This document shows positions 54,799-64,000 of a stretch of DNA of 64,000 bases, in pieces (within the stretch, counting starts at the first letter, position 1; each line of letters begins with the position of its first letter). Location of the stretch: contig CM022670.1 in assembly GCA_012295275.1 (NCBI GenBank), positions 6,820,001 to 6,884,000 of the forward strand. Direction: 5' to 3'. Source of the stretch: Chrysomallon squamiferum (taxonomy: Eukaryota; Animalia; Mollusca). The notes under the pieces were generated by a model. It was not told where the DNA came from. It made no database searches and was given only the letters and a program-made list of their open reading frames with translations. The translations under genes and the position numbers were made by a program.

Positions 54799-55173
54799 AA
54801 CAACTACGACGCTATGGAAATGAAAGGCGTGCGAATGTCGCCCGTTCTTGGAATACGGAACAACCAAAGTTTTAATCCGGATATCGAATCGGGACAGGGA
54901 GAGACGTCCAACATGCACACGCCCCCTAGCTTACCCAGAACATACGTGTCACATGGTTACCTACCGCACACCATGATTCGAAGACGAAACAGTGCGACTC
55001 AACCGAAACGAAAGCGACTGCTTTCAAACTTTAAACAAAAGGCCAAAACCATACGAGTGAAGTTTCCTCGCGTGCAGGACGTTAACACGATTGATAAATA
55101 CTCCCGCCTCTTGTTTCCTCTTCTCTTTCTCATCTTTAACGCCACGTACTGGGTTGTGTATTTACTAGCTTGA
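54799..55173 (+). CDS. Lcch3: GABA-beta exon 9 (NNYDAMEMKG...DVNTIDKYSRLLFPLLFLIFNATYWVVYLLA*; cytoplasmic loop and M4)
   Basis: Acceptor ttttatttttcag, phase 0, in frame with ORF 54814..55173. Contains the IDKYSRxxFP..FN..YW M4 signature and a TGA stop. Confidence 0.96.
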   Translation, partial: NNYDAMEMKGVRMSPVLGIRNNQSFNPDIESGQGETSNMHTPPSLPRTYVSHGYLPHTMIRRRNSATQPKRKRLLSNFKQKAKTIRVKFPRVQDVNTIDKYSRLLFPLLFLIFNATYWVVYLLA

Positions 55174-58915
<3,742 letters not shown>

Positions 58916-60499
58916 GTTCTTGATGTGAGAAAAAGAAAAAAGTCATTGAATTTTGAATTCAGTATTTTCATTTATTTATTTTTTATTTAAATAATTATTA
59001 TTATTACGACTGCTTCTATTACGACTACTACAATTACTACTACTACTGCTACTTAAGTTATTATTTTTACTGAGGTATGATAGCCGTTCAGAGGAGAGTT
59101 CGTCCAGATTCCAACTGAATTATTTCCCAATCTAATCAATGTTCTAAAATAGTTTTGGGGAAGGAATTGATACAAGAAATTCTGCTGGTGATTAAAAGAG
59201 AGCAGCTAGTCGTATGACTAATTCTTTGATTCCATCATTCATTCATTCATTCATTCATTATTTATATATATATTTATTTATTTATTTATTATATATTTGA
59301 TATTTTTGTAGTGATGACATAGATGAACCGACAATAGCCGTTATTTCGTAAGTAAATATTTTAACTACGCTTACCAAAAAATACGTCTAAATGGCGCATT
59401 GTGAATAATAATGGTTCAAAAGAAGTCGAAGAAGGAAAAAGATCGATGAAGACATACGTAACAAAACTAACCGAATCACAGATGTAACAGCGAACCCAAC
59501 ACCGGGATCTTAGCTTTTGTTACGTAAGAAATAATTATCTATTGTTAAGCACGTCCTCGGAAAAAGAACTTGCAATTAGGATCAATTCATACTGGAAGAT
59601 TTTGTAAAAATGTTATTTATCCACACATCGATCCTTCTTTTCTTGTCAACCAACCACCATGGAAATATGCATACATAAATACATTCATACATCAATAGAT
59701 ATACAAACATACATACACACTCACTAACGCAAAAATAAACATAGACACACACACACATACATTCATACTTACATGCATGCATGCATACATACATACACAA
59801 ACATAAATATATAAATAATACAACATATACATACGAAGAAACGATTGCATGGCCTGTACACATGCAATGTTCCTAGACACGTTTTACAATCAAATTCTCG
59901 TCAATGATTCAGACACAACAGTACACTAGAGGCAGGCTCGCTAACGGTGCGTCTGATCTCAGTTTTATCTTTTCTTTCTTCTTTATTTCTTTTAAAAAAA
60001 TAAAAAATAAAACTTTCTTCTTTTATCTGTAATCTTCTATTTTCTTTCATTTCTTCCTCTTTTTTGGAAAAAAAATCAGATTGTCCGCGATTTCAGCAAA
60101 ATGTCTAATTCAGTTAACGTCTGTTTGGTTCAAGTACGTGACTCGACTTCCAGCGATTATTTTCATACTGCCCAAAGAAGATAATCAGAGAGCGACCGAG
60201 GGGCTTTCATATGATGCAATTACAGGCGACTCGAATTATCAAGTTTCCCACAGACCTAGATTCAATCTTATTTCGTAGTCGCTTCACGTCATAAAATTCA
60301 GTTTTATGGCCGGTACAGAACCACAAAAGAAACGATATAAATAATTATAGTATATCCTGGCATATATCCATCGGTCATGCTAAGAAATCCACAAAAAAAA
60401 CAACCCCAAAAACCCACACAAAAAAAACAGATCGTTTAAGGCAAGAGGTAAACTAAAACATATAGATGGTTATAGTTTATCATCAGTTTTTCATTAATA

Positions 60500-60562
<63 letters not shown>

Positions 60563-60847
60563 TTTTTCATGCATCTACGGATCTTTTCGGTTTAGAAGGG
60601 ATAATGCTTATGGCAGAAATAAATTATCTTTCAAGTAATTCGGGTTTCACAAATCCAATGTAGAGCGACCGAGTGTCATTAATTATATGTTGACAATGAC
60701 GCGCTAAGTACTTTAATTTTTCTGCGCAGTTAACAGTGCTAAAGGTCCAAAGATCGATTCCCTGTGAAGAAAAAAATATATATATAATAATCAATAAAAT
60801 TAAAAAAAATGTCTGTTGAGGTCAATGGATTAACTGATAAATAAATA

Positions 60848-60942
<95 letters not shown>

Positions 60943-61127
60943 ATCTATTTATCTATCTATCTGTCCATCTATCCATTTGTCTATTTTTCTGGCTGTCTGT
61001 CTCTCTGTCTATCTATGTGTCTATCTGATATCTATCTTTCTATCTTCTGCATGTGTGTCTATCATTCTATCTGTCTGTATATTTTTCTGTATATCTATCT
61101 ATCTATCTATTTGCTGAGTAGCTAACT

Positions 61128-61255
61128 TCATTATTAAATAAGATAAAAGGTCCACGTACTAAACGCTTGTCCCATAACCATTCGTTAGTAATTGTGAATA
61201 AAAATATCAATTTAAATGCAAATAGAGTTAGATAATGTGATTCGTAAAGGACATA
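61128..61255 (+). repeat. 128-bp dispersed repeat, copy 2 (downstream of the gene)
   Basis: Direct-orientation match to 54596..54723. Confidence 0.92.
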
Positions 61256-63579
61256 CATTTGAAACCAATTATTTGATAAGAAAACATTTCAAGCAGCCAG
61301 GAAGTCTGTATTTTTAAATAAATAAAATAGTTAATTCCGAAACGTCCCCGTGAATAGATATAATAATTTAATACAACAAGACTGTTACTATAATGGTGGT
61401 CAGCATATTAAAGAAACCTCGTTGCATTCGAACGAATAAGAACAACAACAACGGCAGTAACAACAACTGCAATAAAAAGAGCAACAACAACAACAACAAC
61501 AATAATAATAATAATAATAAAAGAGAAAACAAATCAACAGACAGATTAAACAAACAAACAAATAAATAACCTACCATCGGAACTACAAACATAAGTACAC
61601 CTATTGAACTGACTTAGAAATCTTAAGTTTTTATTAGAAACCAAAACTTTAACACAAATACGCCAGTTTACAGTAGTAGCAACCAGAGGATAATATACAG
61701 AATAATAAACGAATCATTTTCAGTTTTATGTCACTTACGAAAGATTTATCATCCACACAGGCAAACACGATTGTCAAGTTATTAGAAAATCAATGATATA
61801 TTCTTATGTCGTGGTAAGTTATGATTCATCTTACGCTGTTTTTATTTATTTATTTATTTTACTCTACTTGCGATAGACCGAACAAATATCCTGAATATAA
61901 TTTATATTTCGAAATGATTGCTTTTTTGTTTCAAGTATATTTTTGTTATAATTAAAAAGTCAATTAAGTTTAATATTTTCTTTCATACTTATTTCGTTAG
62001 TGAAGATCAAGCTTTAGTAGTTATAAAGTTTGATAATTATTTATGTTTTAATCTTTAGGAAGAAATGTAATACAATAATAATAACAAATCATTTGTAAAA
62101 CTAAACAAAGTAACTAATAAATAAAACAAGCTAATAAAGAAATGCACAACAGCATTAAAAACGAAAACTAATAATAATGAAAATAATTATGATTTATCTA
62201 TTATAATTCTGTTGCATCAGTTCAAATTCAGTCTGGAAAATAAATTTAAAAATTAGAATTTTTTTTAAAAATTTGTGTTTTTATTTTTTTCCAATTCGGT
62301 CTAAGACAACTTAAACAAATTGTCTCATTTTCTGAGTTCTTTCCCCGCAAGCGAATTTCTATTCAGCGGTACAAAAGAAACACAAAAACCCTTTCAGTAT
62401 TTTGTAAAAGAAAACTAGAAGACGATTGTCTCTGACGAAACGAGAGACACGACTTGTTGATCTTCACATCTAGAGCAAACAACAGACTCGTCATTTTTCT
62501 ACTCACAGAGAACAGCAAGTAAACAACAAGCTGTCTCCTCAATGGCGAATAAAGCTCAGAAAATACTTTCTCTTTAATTGGCAAAAATTCCAAGACCAAA
62601 GCACGTTTTTAATCGCGTCTGAAATATAGGAAAGGATAACTGGATGAACCCAAATTTTCTTCTAGATTGAAAATTATTAAAAGAGCAACTTACGTGTTAG
62701 TGAACTTGACCCGCTAGATATTCTAGATTTAATTTAAAATACTAACAGTGATATGCTGTGTAAATAATCTCACAATAAAACTGTACTGAATTCGTTTAAC
62801 AAAATGTCCAACATAAAAGCAGCTTGCGGCCTACTGTAAGGCTGAGGAATTAAAGACATCAGGATCAGATCTTCAGAATATTTGAATATACTTTCCATTA
62901 AAAACAGTGCTGTACCAGAGTCACTGCCGTAAAACTAATTAAGCTGATAATTCAAGGTCCCTAACCATTAGTCCAAATTGCTTAATAATTGTGATAGGAA
63001 TCTGAGATGTTACCTCTACGTGTGCATCGTGATCTGCGATGGGAGAACCCAGCTGATGAAAGTTTCACTGGTGAAGTGATATATAATAGCAAATGACTTG
63101 TGATGATTACACTATGACCATCATGCGACAATAATAGAGTTAAAAAGATCTATAAATAAATAAATAAATAAATAAAAAACAGACAAAAATTACTAAAATA
63201 TTTTTTTTACTACGAATGCATTATTATACATACAAGTTTATATACAAAATTTTACCACTTTTTATTAAGGATCATGATATATGGCATACATAACAAATCA
63301 GGTAAAATAAAAGAATATTTAAAAGATCAACAACATTATTATTAATTTTTTTATTAATTTTACAAATAACTTGTTTAGAGTAAACTGTAAAATATTTCTG
63401 CAAACAATTCACAGAATAGAAACACTACAATTATACAATTTGTTATCAACGACCAAAAAATGTAACAGAATGTAATCAGCAAGTAAACAGACCAAAACAA
63501 AATAAATAAATAAATAAATAAAATATCCCTGAATTAACCATTAATTTAGTATCAGTCTGACCCACAATCCAAACACACA

Positions 63580-63611
<32 letters not shown>

Positions 63612-64000
63612 CACACACACAAAGAACACAAATATATAATAATTTATTTGAATATTTTTTGGCAGTAAGTTAACTTGCAGAAGAAAAAATAGAAAATAAT
63701 TATTGTGGTTTAAAATTAAACAGATATGTAAAGATATCAGAGATAAATGAAAATAGAAAATGCTGATCCTTTGCACGTATAAATATCAGAAACCCTGCCA
63801 TAGATATACAGAAACAGATATATAACCAAACAAAACACTTTTCTTATCACAATTAATAAAATTCAAGAAGAAACTGACAATTTTCTATACATAAACAGTC
63901 GTATATTCTCATTTTGAAGGCCATTTAAAATAATAATAAAAATTAGTCTTATTTTTTAAATACTGCTTTCAAACAAAATATATTTTTTCTTCTTTTTAAA

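Noticed and set aside
62363-62599. 78-aa minus-strand ORF downstream of the gene
   Set aside because: No recognisable domain or clear splice signals; it could be an enhancer or TE remnant.

Overview
This is AT-rich, microsatellite-dense animal genomic DNA, not prokaryotic; the encoded protein points to a mollusc. Nearly all ORFs in the supplied track are simple-repeat artefacts. The main feature is a complete 9-exon, plus-strand Cys-loop ligand-gated ion channel gene (CDS 18549..55173, 1437 nt spliced, 478 aa). It encodes a GABA-A receptor beta-like subunit of the LCCH3 / Lymnaea GABA-beta type. I reconstructed it by hand: every junction is GT-AG and phase-consistent. The most interesting unannotated signal is a 47-nt, phase-2 signal-peptide exon on the minus strand at 6357..6311. 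It has its own CpG-rich promoter and the same length and phase as exon 1 of the beta gene, which suggests a divergently transcribed (head-to-head) partner gene, possibly an alpha-like subunit, running off the left edge. The ~12-kb interval between the two start codons carries tandem CRE sites, a perfect NRF-1 palindrome and an inverted pair of CTCF/YY1-like motifs. The subunit has unusual residues at pharmacologically defined positions (M2 15' Asn, loop B Ala). The rest is minisatellites, decayed tRNA-derived SINE-like copies and a 128-bp duplication flanking the last exon. No database search could be run, so comparisons to known proteins and repeats are from recall and need checking.
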